From the NCBI RefSeq assembly GCF_018350175.1, contig NC_058373.1, positions 110,610,001-110,674,000 of the forward strand: DNA of 64,000 nucleotides, given 5' to 3'. The translations under genes and the position numbers were made by a program. The notes beneath the pieces are model-generated. The model ran no database searches and had not been told where the DNA came from. It worked only from the letters and a program-made list of their open reading frames with translations. The stretch comes from Felis catus. Lineage: Eukaryota. Every line of letters starts with the position of its first letter. Position 1 is the stretch's first letter. Below are positions 38,925-51,622 of this stretch, piece by piece.

Positions 38925-40430
38925 GTAAATTTTATTAAAACTTTATTGTAGCTTTTAAAAAAATTGCATGTGCCCAGAGGTAAAAAAAAAAAAAAAATTC
39001 AAGCAATACAGAAGAATATAATGAGCAAAATAAATACCTGCTGAAATCCAACCATCTAGAAAAAACCATTTTGGTGAGCAGACGTCCAGATATCATTTTC
39101 TGATAACATTTATCAGCTGCTTCCTATGGACCAGACACTGTGCTAATCAGTTTGCCAACCGTTTCAAAAAGCTGCATGTTCATCCAGTTTTACAGATGAA
39201 GAAACTGAAGCCAAAGGGTTAAGCAATTGGAGGAAAACTAAGTGACTTGGCCAAATCACACAGCTCACAGGTGACTAAGATGATTGAAATCTAGGTCTGT
39301 TTGGCTCAGGGTACATACTCTTAACTGCTTTATAAAATTGCCTCATTGAGTTATAGAAATGTAATTGTACATTAATGGGACCGTATTATACTTGCTGTGC
39401 AATAGACAGCCAATTCTACAAGGTAAAATTATTAAATTAGAAAAAACTGGTTTTAATCTCCATTGAGAAAATACTGACTCTATTAAGTGCATCACTAAAC
39501 TAATAATACTAGCCAGTGTCTGCCGTGCTGTGTGCCTATTATGTGCCTGACATTTGCATGTTTTCTGATTCTTAAACAGCCATGGAAAGTGAGCATTATT
39601 ATTATCTCCATTTTAGAGGTGAAGAAATAAGGCTCAGGAGACTGAGCAATTGAACCAAAGTCCTACAGCCAATAAGTAGCAAAACTGACATTTTGAACCA
39701 CAGTTTGTCTGATGCCAGAGCCCTTCCCGCCATAGACAGTGTCTCCCTCCTTTAGACTGTAAGCCCCTCAGTGGCAGGAACTGTCTTACTCATCTTTGTG
39801 TCCCTTGAAGGAGCTGTCTGTAGAACTTCACAGAGTAGGCCCTCACCAGATGTTTATTGAATATTTCAGTACACCAACTAGATTCAAGTAGAGGAAGGCT
39901 AGAGGCAGGGGACCAGTTTAAAAGCTAGCTGTGGGAGGTTTACAGATAGCTGCCCAGGTACGAAACCATGAGTCGGCATGAAGTCCACGTTAGGAGGAAT
40001 AGAGAGAAGGGTACAGGACTAAGAAATCCTTAAGAGGTGGAACTGAGAGGATTTTGGTTAGAATGGATAAGATGTGAAGGGAGAGGGAGAGGAGGTGCTT
40101 AGGCTGACTCCCAGTGTCTCTCTTGGGTGATGGGGTGGCTGCGATTGCCCTTCTCCTGTATGCAGAATAACAGACAAAACTGTGATGTGCCTGAGGTTAC
40201 TATGACACATTCACATGCACATGTCTCAGGCTGTTGGACAGATGGGGCTGGAGGTCAGGAGAGGCTAAGCAGATGTAGTTTATAGTTACATCATAGGTAA
40301 AATGACATTTGATGACAATTAAACAATAATTAAAAAAATCAAATTTTACATTTTATAGAATGTTTGTTTCGGTATTGCTGAGTAGTTTGTCATTTCCAAA
40401 GTGGTGATCTCAGTTTTTTGTCTGCAATAG

Positions 40431-40473
40431 TGTCACAAAATTCTGTTGTCTAGCTCCCGAAATATCACACTCA
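40431..40473 (+). pseudogene. Degenerate exon-like remnant of PPP1R36 (probable homologue of a small human exon)
   Basis: ttttttgtctgcaatag| ... TCA|GTGAGT. In the frame set by its donor it reads SVV*LPKYHT, resembling recalled human SVQWLLKHHP but with TAG at 40451-40453. Its 43-nt length is frameshifting. Confidence 0.55.
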
Positions 40474-40636
40474 GTGAGTGTGAGATAGACAGTGAGAAGG
40501 ACAGAAAGAGCGTTGGGATTAGCCCGCCATGATAATGGAGTCAAAATACAAGTTAAATACATGTTACAACACCAGATAATGTGGGTAGAAATTTTAAGTG
40601 CCAAAATATTCTTTTCTCAATCTTCATGTATATTTA

Positions 40637-40858
40637 TTTTTTTTAATTTTTTTTTCAACGTTTATTTATTTTTGGGACAGAGAGAGACAGAGCATGAACG
40701 GGGGAGGGGCAGAGAGAGAGGGAGACACAGAATCGGAAACAGGCTCCAGGCTCTGAGCCATCAGCCCAGAGCCTGACGCGGGGCTCGAACTCCCGGACCG
40801 CGAGATCGTGACCTGGCTGAAGTCGGACGCTTAACCGACTGCGCCACCCAGGCGCCCC
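40637..40858 (-). mobile_element. Young felid Can-SINE
   Basis: Perfect TSD tcaatcttcatgtatattta, CpGs intact. Confidence 0.93.
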
Positions 40859-41107
40859 TCAATCTTCATGTATATTTAAAGGCCATCTCAGTCCTCTCTT
40901 TTTTGATGAAAGGTGGACCATACTTTTTACTTACATTCTTTGTAAATGAAATTGATTTGCAGTATATTTCATACTAATTTTCAGTGTGACTGGTAACTCC
41001 GATAACTAAAATCCTTGCAAGTCTGATTTTGCTAGTTTTTTTTTCTTACAGCCTTATTAAAGTTTTTTTAGGTAAATGTAACATTTGAAACTTTTTGTAT
41101 GGGAAGA

Positions 41108-41906
41108 GAGGAGCCTGGGTGGCTCAGTTGGTTAAGCATCTGACTGTTGATTTTGGCTCGGGTTGTAATCTCGTGGTTCATGGGCTTGAGCCCCATGTCA
41201 CGCTCTGCTCTGACAGTATGGAGACTGCTTGGGATACTCTCTCTCTGCCCCTTCTCTGCTTGCTCTCTCTGTCTCTCTCTCAAAATACCTAAATAAACAC
41301 TAAAAAAATTTTTTAACTTTTTATTAAAATGTTTATTTTTGAAAGAGAGCAGGACAGAGCAAGAGTGGGGGCAGAGGGCAGAGAGAGATGGAGACACATG
41401 ACCCAAAGCAGGCTCCAGGCTCTGAGCTGTCAGCACAAAGCACAACGTGGGGCTCAAACTCAAGAGGTGCTAGGTCATGACCTGAGCTGAAGTCCCACGC
41501 TCAACCGACTGAGCCACCCAGGTGCCCCCAAAAAACTTTTGTAATGGAAGATTTCAAGGATATACAAAAGTGGGAGAAGGGTATAATGAACTCCAACATT
41601 CCCATGATGCAGCATGAACAGTCACCAAATTAAGATCCACTTCATATCATCCACACCCATCTACTCCACCTCTTGATTATTTATTTAAAAAAAAAATTTT
41701 TTTTAACATTTATTTATTTTTGAGACAGAGAGAGACAGAGCATGAATGGGGGAGGGTCACAGAGAGAGGGAGACACAGAATCTGAAACAGGCTCCAGGCT
41801 CTGAGCGGTCAGCACAGAGCCTGACGTGGGGCTCGAACCCATGGACCGTGAGATCATGACCTGAGCCGAAGTCGGACGCTTAACCGACCGAGCCACCCAG
41901 GCGCCC
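41108..41906. mobile_element. Three Can-SINEs: + 41108-41310, - 41316-41529, - 41680-41906
   Basis: Heads and tails recognisable. The last has TSD ccacctcttgattattt. Confidence 0.88.
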
Positions 41907-42144
41907 CACCTCTTGATTATTTTTAAGCAAATTCCAGACATCGTATCATTTCATCTATAAATATCTCAGTCTTTATCTCAAAAAATAAGCACTCTCTTAA
42001 AAAATAAACCTTACTATTTATGCATTTACAAATGGAAATGGTAATTTCTTTATATCATCATATATTCAATTTGCATTCAGGTATCTACTCTTCTCAACCT
42101 TTCAGTTCCTGGCTTCTTTCCTGAATGAGTGGCACTGGAAATCT

Positions 42145-42569
42145 TTTTTTTTTTTAATTAATTTTTAAATTTACATCCAAGTTAGTTAGCATATAGTACA
42201 ACAAGGATTTCAGGAGTAGATTCCAGTGATTCACCCCTAGGTATAACAGCCAGTGCTCATCCCAACAAGTGTCTTCCTTAATGCTCCTTACCCATTTAGC
42301 CTATCCCCCCTCCTACAACCCCTCCAGCAACCCTCTGTTCTCTATATCTAAGAGTCTCTTTTGCCTTGTCCCCCTCTCTGTTTTCATTTTATTTTTGCTT
42401 CCCTCACCTTATGTTCATCTGTTTTGTATCTTAAAGTCCTCATATGAGTGAAATCATGTGATATTTGTCTTTCTCTGACTGATTTCACTTAGCATAATAC
42501 CCTCTAGTTCCATCCACATAGTTGCAAATGGCAAGAGTTCATTCTTTTTGATTGCTGAGTAATACTCCA

Positions 42570-42615
<46 letters not shown>

Positions 42616-44445
42616 CACATCTTCTTTATACATTCATACACCAATGGACATTTGGGCTCTTTCCATACTTTGGCTATTGTTGATAGTGCTGCCCTAAACG
42701 TTGGGGTGCATATGTTCCTTCAAAACAGCACACCTGTATCCCTTGGATAAATACTTAGTAGTGCAATTGCTGGGTTGTAAGGTAGTTCTATTTTTAATTT
42801 TTTGAGGAACCATCATACTGTTTTCCAGAGTGGCTGCACCAGCTTGCATTCCCACCAGCTGTGCAAAAGAGATCTTCTTTCTCCGTATCCTCCCCAACAT
42901 CTGTTGTTGCCTGAGTTGTTAATGTTAGCCATTCTGACAGGTGTGAGGTGATATTGTGGTTTTGATTTGTATTTCCCTGATGATGAGTGATGTTGAGCAT
43001 TTTTTCATATGTCGGTTGGCCATCTGGATGTCTTTGGAGAAGTGTCTATTCATGTCTTTTGTCCATTTCTTCACTAGATTATTTGTTTTTTGGGTGTTGA
43101 GTTTGATAAGTTCTCTATAGATTGTGGATCCTAACCCTTTTTCTGATACGTCCTTTGCAAATATCTTCTCCCATTCCATTGGTTGCCTTTTACTTTTGCT
43201 GATTATTTCCCTCTCTGTGCAGAAGCTTTTTATTTTGATGAGGTCCCAATAGTTCATTTTTGCTTTGGTTTCTCTAGCACCATGGAGATGTGTTGAGTAA
43301 GAAGTTGCTGCAGCTGAGGTCAAAGAGGTTTTTGCCTGCTTTCTCCTCTAGGATTTTGATGGCTTCCTGTCTTATGTTTAGGTCTTTCATCCATTTTGAG
43401 TTTATTTTTGTGTATGGTGTAAGAAAGTGGGCCAGGTTCATTTTTCTGTATGTTGCTGTCCAGTTTTCCCAGCATCATTTGGGGAAGAGACTGTCTTTAT
43501 TCCATTGGATATTCTTTCCTGCTTTGTCAAAGGTTAGTTGGCCATATGTTTGTGGGTCCATTTCTGGGTTCTCTATTTTGTTCCATTGATCTGAGTGTCT
43601 GTTTTTGTGCAAGTACCATCCTGTCTTGAGGATTACAGCTTTGTAATACAGCTTGAAGTCCAGGATTGTGATGCCTCCAGCTTTGGTTTTCTTTTTCAGG
43701 ATTGCTTTAGCTATTCAGGGTCCTTTGTGGTTCCATACAAATTTAGGATTGTTTGTTCTAGCTCTGTGAAGAATGCTGGTGTTGATAGGGATTGTATTGA
43801 ATATGTAGATTGCTTTGAGTAGTATTGACATTATAACAATATTTGTTCTTCCAATCCAGGAGCATGGAATATTTTTTCATTTTTTTTTGTGTGTGTGTGT
43901 TGTCTTCAGTTTTTTCATAAACTTTCCATAGGTTTTTTTTTTTTTTTTTGCCCATAGTTTTCAACGTTTATTTATTTTTGGGACAGAGAGAGAGCATGAA
44001 CGGGGGAGGGGCAGAGAGAGAGGGAGACACAGAATCGGAAACAGGCTCCAGGCTCTGAGCCATCAGCCCAGAGCCTGACGCAGGGCTCGAACTCACGGAC
44101 CGCGAGATCGTGACCTGGCTGAAGTTGGACACTTAACCGACTGCGCCACCCAGGCGCCCCTACCCATAGTTTTCAATGTGTAGATTTTTCACCTCTTTGG
44201 GTAAGTTTATTCCTAGGTATTTATGGTTTTTGGTGCAATTATAAATGGGATTGATTCCTTGATTTCTCTTTCTGTTGCTTCATTATTGGTGTATAGGAAT
44301 GCAACTGATTTCTGTGTATTGATTTTATATCCTGGGACTTTGCTGAATTCATGGATCAGTTCTAGCAGGTTTTGGTGGAATCTTTTGGGTTTTTCCATAT
44401 AGAGTATCGTGTCATTTGTGAAGAGTGAAAGTTTGACTTCCTCCT
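42145..44445 (-). mobile_element. 5'-truncated LINE-1 (about 2.1 kb, broken ORF2) interrupted by a Can-SINE
   Basis: ORF2 fragments ([26 protein letters not shown]), polyT tail at left and TSD gtggca(c/t)tggaaatct at 42129-42144 and 44446-44461. Confidence 0.92.
43960..44160 (-). mobile_element. Young Can-SINE nested in LINE-1
   Basis: Flanked by cccatagttttcaa on both sides. Confidence 0.9.
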
Positions 44446-44603
44446 GTGGCATTGGAAATCTTACCCTTCAGAGAAGACCTTGCTCTCTCTGTCACTGGCA
44501 ATACCCCGAGAGGGATAACTGTATCAGAATAAAACAGGATATCCATAACCTCCACACAAGAAATGGACGCACAGTAATGGGTAGGGAAAGGATGGTCATT
44601 ATT

Positions 44604-44604
<1 letters not shown>

Positions 44605-44638
<34 letters not shown>

Positions 44639-45243
44639 AGAGAGAGAGAGAGCGCGTAAATGCACCTGTAGGGTTGGGGGTGGTAGAGGGAGAGAGAAGG
44701 AAATCTTAAGCAGGACTTGATCCCACAGCTCTGGAATCATGACTTGAGCTGAAATCAAGAGAGGGATGCTCAACTGACTGAGCCACCCAGGTGCCCTAGG
44801 CATTATTTCTTAATAGGCAGTTAAGGAAGAGACCTCAAAGAGTGGTTTGCAGGAAGACTTGGGTTCAAATCCTAGCTCTCCCAGTTGCTAGGTGATTATC
44901 ATTTGTCAGGTTACTTAGCCTCGCTAATTATCGGTTCCGTTGTCTATAAAATGAAATCATAATGCCTTGTGAAGAGTAAATGAGGGTATTGCATAACTCA
45001 TCAGCATGCATGCCCATTGCTTATTTCTTTTTTTAATTTTTTTTAATGTTTATTTATTTTTGAGACAGAGAGAGACAGAGCATGAACAGGGGAGGGTCAG
45101 AGAGAGGGAGACAGAATCTGAAACAGGCTCCAGGCTCCGAGCTGTCAGCACAGAGCCCGACGCGGGGCTCGAACTCACGGACTGCGAGATCGTGACCTGA
45201 GCCCAAGTCGGCCGCTCAACCGACTGAGCCACCCAGGCGCCCC
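44605..45243 (-). mobile_element. Two Can-SINEs (about 44605-44797 and 45028-45243)
   Basis: TSDs cattatttctt and ccattgcttatttctt. Confidence 0.87.
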
Positions 45244-46805
45244 CATTGCTTATTTCTTAAAGAGGGAATAACTTTCTTCACAGGCCACCTCTGGTTTGTC
45301 CCATGAGGCAGGCTTCTCCCTGACATAGTGTCAGCAGTCCTACCCCTTCTACTCACAGCTGGGAGAGAACCAGCAGCTTGCTTGCATGAGTCTTTGCCAA
45401 GGTCATTGACTCCCCTGAGGACATACAGCTGAGGAAACTATACCTCCAGAAGCCCTGAACTTCTCTCATCTTTCATAATGGCCTGAGAGAAGAGTCTAAT
45501 AACCAACTGAGGAGCTCTAATTTGTGTGGAAGCCAAGAGTGGTCCAACCCTGTGCATTTTAGTGGTGGGTTCTAGGGGAAAATAAGATTCTTTTTTTCCT
45601 CACTTATTTCAGGGCAAAGGGAAATGACATGATTATGTTGTAATATTAGAAATGTAACAAAATGTGGTCTGAGAAAGGCGCAGATTCTAACTGGGTTGCC
45701 AGGTGGAGACCGCGGGAGGGCACAGAACGAGCTCAGACTGCTGTTCGACAGCCAATCAGAGGTACAATTCAAAGGACAGCTTTTAGTTACTACTAGTGAC
45801 ACTTCCTAGTGATTTCAAATGCACTGTGAGCGTAGGCTGCCTGTAGAGCTACAGCAGGGCCCTCAACAGAGAGAAATCCTTCCCACTAGCTGACGTAGAG
45901 AATGACTTCAGTCAAGTGAAATGCCACTCAGACAAGTGTGAAGTAGGGAAGGCATGTCCGAAGGTCAGAGAATAAGGACTAGAGGTTTAGCAGTACATGG
46001 CAGACTACTGGCGAAGGACAGGCACTCAGTGTCTTATTTTAAGGTGCTCTCATCTCAAATCATCTCAGGCAAATAGGGCAGGACGCTTTGAATTATAGGG
46101 ATAAGACTGAGAAAAGGGCAGGAGACAGCAGTTTTATTGGGTATATCTATCTTCTCTTCTAGAGAAGAGAAACCCTGGGAGGGCTGGTGACCTGTGACTT
46201 CCTTAGCGTGGGGTAGGAAAGTTAACAGCCAATGGCTTGTAAGTGGCTAAAACCATGTGATGATCCAAGGAAAAATGTGAAAAAACTTTGTGTCCTTGTT
46301 TAGGATGGTTATATGAAAGAAGGAGGTACTAATCTGCACAAGGCATCTAGCAAGGAGAAACGGCTTCAAGGAGCCATTAGAAAATGTCAGGATATTTGGG
46401 GGATTTGATTATTTTGTTAAAGACTATCTAAATGGTCTGTCAATATAACATATCAACCATATAGTGTTTCTTTATATGTGCCTCTATCAACCTTTTCTTA
46501 GTTATGCAGGTAATAAGTCAATATGTTCTTGTTTAAAAACTCGAATAATATGGAAGTATACAGATTGGAAGGTAGATCTCTTCGTCACCATTTCACCTCT
46601 CTGCCCCTTCTGATCCCCTGTCTCTTTTTGGCAGTAGCCACCATCAACATTTGCTATTCTTCCATTTCTTTTTACACACCCACGCCCTCAGTAGTTCAGC
46701 ATACCTTCCCAGCATACCCAATCCTTGGAGACTGCGGAGAAGAGGAGCACCAGAAATAATGAAAACCTTAGAAATCATCTACTGACCAACTCAGTACCAA
46801 TTGCC

Positions 46806-47032
46806 TTTTTTTTTTTAAGTTTGTTTGTTTATTTACTTATTTGTTTATTTTGAGAGAGACACAGTGCAAGTCGGGGAGGAGCAGAGATGGAGGGAGAGAG
46901 AGAATCACAAGCAGACTCCATGCTGCCAGCACAGAGCCTGACGTGGGGCTTGAACTCACGAACCTGTGAAATCATGACCTGAGCCGAAACCTAGAGTCTG
47001 ACGCTTAACCAACTGTGCCACCCAGGCGCCCC
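46806..47032 (-). mobile_element. Can-SINE
   Basis: T tail, AG tract and head ccacccaggcgcccc. Confidence 0.87.
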
Positions 47033-47664
47033 TGGTGCCAATTATCTTTAAAAAAAAAAAAGTTGAAAAATGCAAAGAATCATTCCCTTGCGGGGACACG
47101 ATGTATATGCTTTTAGGAACTAACCTCTTCTACAACCTGAACACTGCTAGGAGGTTGGCAGAAACTCCGGGAAGAAGACAGAGTCAAACAGATTAACTTT
47201 ATTATTCCCTTGGAGAGGTATTTCTGTAAAATAATTACTTTGTGAGTAACATCAATCCCAGAAAATTTTCAGATGAAGTTGTTTTATAACTGTTGAGTCA
47301 AAAAACAAAACAAAAACACCCAACTGTTAAAAAACACACACAAAACTGTTGTGTCGACAGGGAGATAAAGAAAATATATATGATTGATATCCATCTTTAG
47401 AGAATGAGTAAAGTCTGGGGGAATGTGCTTCCATTACTACACCTACATGTAAGCAGAAAGACAAGAAACTGTGGGCAGAGATTAGACTTCTGGGTTGTGT
47501 TATTGTGGCATTGTTTCAGGCGGAAAAATAAAAATCGTAATCCACGGTGGGTTTCCAAACCAGTGTATTCGGTAGAGCCCACAATTCTCTGAGAAAATGC
47601 ACACTCTATAAGGCAGGAACCACATCTTGCTGGTCTACAAAACGTTTTTCTGGGTGGGGAGGGG

Positions 47665-48192
47665 GGTGGCACCTGGGTAGCTCAGCCAGTTGAGCATCCG
47701 ACTTTGGCTCAGGTCATGATCTCGGAGTTTGTGAGTTCGAGCCCGCATTGGGCTCTGTGCTGATAGTTGGGAGCCTGGAGCCTGCTTCGGATTCTGTGTC
47801 TGCCTCTCTCTGTGCCCCTCCCCTACTCATGCTCTGTCTCCCTCTCTCTCTCTCTCTCTGTCAAAAATAAATATTAAAAATTTTTTAAAAAATGTTTTTC
47901 TGGGTTTTTCTGTTCAGCATTTGCTGATATTCCTAAGGGTCTGTGCATTGACTATAACAGGAACCATTTTCTTTTCTTTTTAAAAATAAATTTTTAAAAA
48001 ATGTTTGTTTATTTTTGACACAGAGAGCATGAGCAGGCGAGGGGCAGAGAGAGAGGGAGACACAGAATCCGAAGCAGGCTCCAGGCTCCGAGCTGTCTGC
48101 ACAGAGCCCGACGTGAGGCTCGAACTCACAGACCAAGAGATCATGACCTGAGCCGAAGTCGGACGCTCAACTGACTGAGCCACCCAGGCGCC
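47665..48192. mobile_element. Inverted pair of Can-SINEs (+ 47665-47880, - 47975-48192)
   Basis: Tail-to-tail orientation about 100 bp apart. Confidence 0.88.
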
Positions 48193-49012
48193 TCACAATT
48201 TTATTTTCAATGTCAGAGCAATGTGTGATGGAGTGTGGCCTCATAGTATATGTTGTTGCTCCGTCGTGGTCCCTTGTTAGCCCCATTATTGCTTAGTAAA
48301 TGTTTGTACAGCTATAGAGTTTAAGACACCCTGAGTTAAGTAAAGGGTCCCGATACCTCCCAAGAGATAGTCAAGGCCCTTACAAGAGTCCACAGCAGTG
48401 ACAACTGAGATGCTGTTCGGGAGGCCGGATTGCCTTGTAGGTAAGCACATGGCTCTGAGGCTAGAGATCCTGGGCCCCAATCCAGGCTCTGACACATGCT
48501 AAGTGATCTTGGTCAAGCTACTTATCTCTTTCTGAGCTTCAGTTTTTCTCATGTGTAAAAATGGCTATACGAGTAATATTAGAGTAATCATACCAGTAAT
48601 CATAGTAATCATACTAGTAATCATAGAGTTGCTGTGAGGACTGAGTAAGATTGTACCTAAAAGCACTTGGTGCACAAGTGCTCAATAAATAAAAACATCT
48701 CTCCAAACTTACTGTGAGCTTTCTGTTTCTTGTGAAGTTACTACAACATCTTCAGAATGAAATGTTTCGTGTATGGTGGTATTCTGGAGGCTGCTGATAC
48801 GTAGAGGCTGAATATAAAGTCTGAAATGTTCATCTTTTTTTCTAGATGGTTGTTCCATATGTAAATACATGAATTGAGGACCTCTGTGCCCGAGATTCTC
48901 CTCACACTCCACTCATGACATATGCTAGTCCTGAGATGCCATGAGTTACTGTTGTGATAGCATCAGTCTTCATGGGAAGGTTCGGTTCCTAATTTTCTCA
49001 TTTCTATTACAG

Positions 49013-49099
49013 TTTTACACCTGCAGTAGAACTCAAGGAGAAAGGAAAGAAAGGCAAAGCAATACACTTTGCTGAAATTGACGGTCCGGCTTCAGACAG
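49013..49099 (+). CDS. PPP1R36: PPP1R36 coding exon ([28 protein letters not shown]), containing the RVxF-type motif KAIHF
   Basis: Acceptor tttctattacag|, donor AG|GTACCT, 87 nt, phase 2 to 2. Joins exon 2 in frame. Confidence 0.9.
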
Positions 49100-49339
49100 G
49101 TACCTTCACTTCCCAACTGCGGCAGTGCTGCTGATAGCACCTCTTAGCAGAATGACTCAAGTGTTTACAAACTCTAAGAAAATGTCATTCCCATTATCTG
49201 AGGTTGAAATGCAGATACCCGTTAAGGAAAGAACATGCGCTATTTGACAATTGTGGGAGGAGTTATACCAGCCCCTGTAAATGTATCCCGGTGATAATTT
49301 GGCTCTTAGCAAATTTTCAACATTTTATACTTAAACAAA

Positions 49340-49540
49340 TTTTTTTAAATTTTATTTTAGAGAAAGAGTGTGCATAGGAGTGAGCAGGGGCGAGGCAGAG
49401 GGAGAGAAGGAGAGAATTTCAAACAGGCGTCATGCCCAGTGTGGAGCCCAACACGGGGCTCAATCCCGTGACCCTGGGATCATGACTTGGGTCCCCACCA
49501 ATAGTCAGACACTCAACTGACTGAGCCACACAGGCGCCCC
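49340..49540 (-). mobile_element. Can-SINE
   Basis: Head cacacaggcgcccc, TSD tatactt. Confidence 0.82.
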
Positions 49541-49861
49541 TATACTTTTTTTTTTAAATCTGAATATGGTAGCTGCACCATAAATACATGATCTTAATAG
49601 ATGATCTAAATGATCTGTTTTGGATGGAATTGGCATTTACATTGTCTATCAGGTAGTGTGCATCTCCTAACCCTAGCATGGTAAATATAATGTTTAATAA
49701 AATGCATTCCAAAATTCTCCTACATGAAACCAAACCCATTTTTGGGTTTTGACGTTCAGGCTCTCCTTACTTGATAGTAAAAGCCTCATGCATCTCAGGA
49801 TCAATTACATACAGTTGAAATCTTTCAAGTCACTGCTAGAGGCTGTTCCATTCCAAAACAG

Positions 49862-49959
49862 GTTGACGGATAAAAAGCTTGCTTCAAGAGACGATAAGTC
49901 ACTTAAAGCCTTAGAGAAGCGAGGTCAGCAGGGCAACGTGACGCTCCATGATGCTAAAT
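49862..49959 (+). CDS. PPP1R36: PPP1R36 coding exon ([32 protein letters not shown])
   Basis: Acceptor aaaacag|, donor T|GTGAGT, 98 nt, phase 2 to 1. Confidence 0.9.
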
Positions 49960-50066
49960 GTGAGTAGCTGGTTCACCATCCACACATATCGTATGGGGGG
50001 TGAACCTCTGAGGCAGCCGTCTGTCCCTCTGTCCCTCCTTCAATTGTCCATCTTTGCTTCTTTCAG

Positions 50067-50133
50067 TTGTTGCTTTGTTTTTACTACAAGATAATGAGAT
50101 GCAGCGGATCTGTTCCTTTACAACATTTATGAG
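50067..50133 (+). CDS. PPP1R36: PPP1R36 coding exon (VALFLLQDNEMQRICSFTTFM)
   Basis: Acceptor cttctttcag| after a 107-nt intron, donor AG|GTATGT, 67 nt, phase 1 to 2. Confidence 0.9.
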
Positions 50134-50519
50134 GTATGTAGTGCTCATGAGACGTTTTATATCTTTTTATCCTTAGTTCAAAGTAATTCCGCCTGATAAA
50201 TGATGAACAAATCTGGTTTTTGGAGAAAGGGCGTGGGACTGGCTCTGTGCAAGCCATCCCCTCAGACTGAGACCAAAGCGATGAGGCCAGAAGTCACAGC
50301 AGCCCAAAATAAAGCCCTAGGGCAAGGAGAATGGATAGCATGTTGTCAAGAGTCCCATAGAGACTACATTATGTTTATATAATAGTAAGAGGGTATACTC
50401 TTTTACTAAAGACCCATTTCCTCCATTTTTGGAGCCCCAGCAAGTACTAGGTGTGTGACTCTGGGTGAAGCCCCTTGACCTTTCTAAGCCTGTTTCCTCA
50501 GATATGAAATCGGAAGTCG

Positions 50520-50993
50520 TTGTGTCTCCCTATGCCTGTGGGTGGAGGATGCTTCTCAGGGTGCCGCACTTGAACGTGCTCAGTGAGAAGTTCCCAACGA
50601 TTGGCAGCCCTCCCAGGTTCCTTTACATTTAGTGAAGGCTGTTTGTGGCAAACACCTTAGGCTTTATTCCACAACAGGGGCACACTCCTCCCGACGACGA
50701 CAGGGCAAGCTGGGAGCACTAGGGAGTCAGTGTCCCTTCGGTCAGTGCTGTGCGAGGAGGGAGTATTGGTAGAAAAAGATCCTAACTTTCATCCGTCAAG
50801 ATAACTCTGAGAAGTTTTCCCCACCGGGACTGAACTACATTTGTCCACGGGGATAACCAACTTGTTAACCACCCCCTTTGTGGGCTTCCTTCCCTTTCCT
50901 GTCTCACTTCCCTACCCCACAACTGATGTTTCCTGTGCGCACATCCCACGTCTTTGTCTCAGAGTCTGTTTCTGGGAGAACCCACCCTAGGAC
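50520..50993 (+). mobile_element. Old ERVL-type LTR (LTR16-like)
   Basis: Ends tttgtctcagagtctgtttctgggagaacccaccctaggaca, resembling LTR16 3' ends. Confidence 0.45.
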
Positions 50994-51579
50994 AGGGACA
51001 TATTAATGTCGTGGAAAAAAAATCTGCAGTGCTCACGTTCATCCTGTTGTCAAGGTATAGTTGAAGAAAGAATGTCAGTAAGAATTTCCACTTGCTGGAA
51101 AGAAAGTAGCAAAAATCTTGTAAGAGTATTTAGAAAGAAGACAAAGGCTTCTAATTTTTCCTTGTAGGACTGCCTTTGCTGCATGCATCCCACGGTAGTT
51201 TTTAAACAAATTAGATTGTGAATCAATGCAACCTTTTCCTCGAGCAAAACCATGAAACTTTAATATGCTCTACACTATGCCCTAGCAGTTTCACTCCGAG
51301 GAAGTTACTCAGAAATGTGGCCATCAGGATAATTACTGCAGCAGTATTGATAACATTTCTAAAAGACCTACATACCCATCAATAGAGGACAATTTAAATA
51401 AATTGTGAGTTATAGAATATTTTACCCAGCTGTTTAAGAGAATGAGGAAAATCGATCCATAGTATCAAGGAAAGAGGTCCATGCTAAGCAGGTAAGTGAC
51501 AAAAGCAAGTTGCAAAGACTTGTGTGTACAGCATTATCTTCTTTGTTACCAAAGAAAAATTCAAGGCATATATTCATGC

Positions 51580-51622
51580 GTATGTATGTATGTATGTATG
51601 TATGTATGTATGTATGTATGTA
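51580..51622. repeat. (GTAT)n microsatellite
   Basis: Directly visible. Confidence 0.95.

Noticed and set aside
48582..48626. Short repeated units (agtaatcata)n; similarly the 24-bp tandem copy near 55179-55228
   Set aside because: Local slippage duplications in old MIR-like sequence. No spacers or cas genes, so not CRISPR-like.
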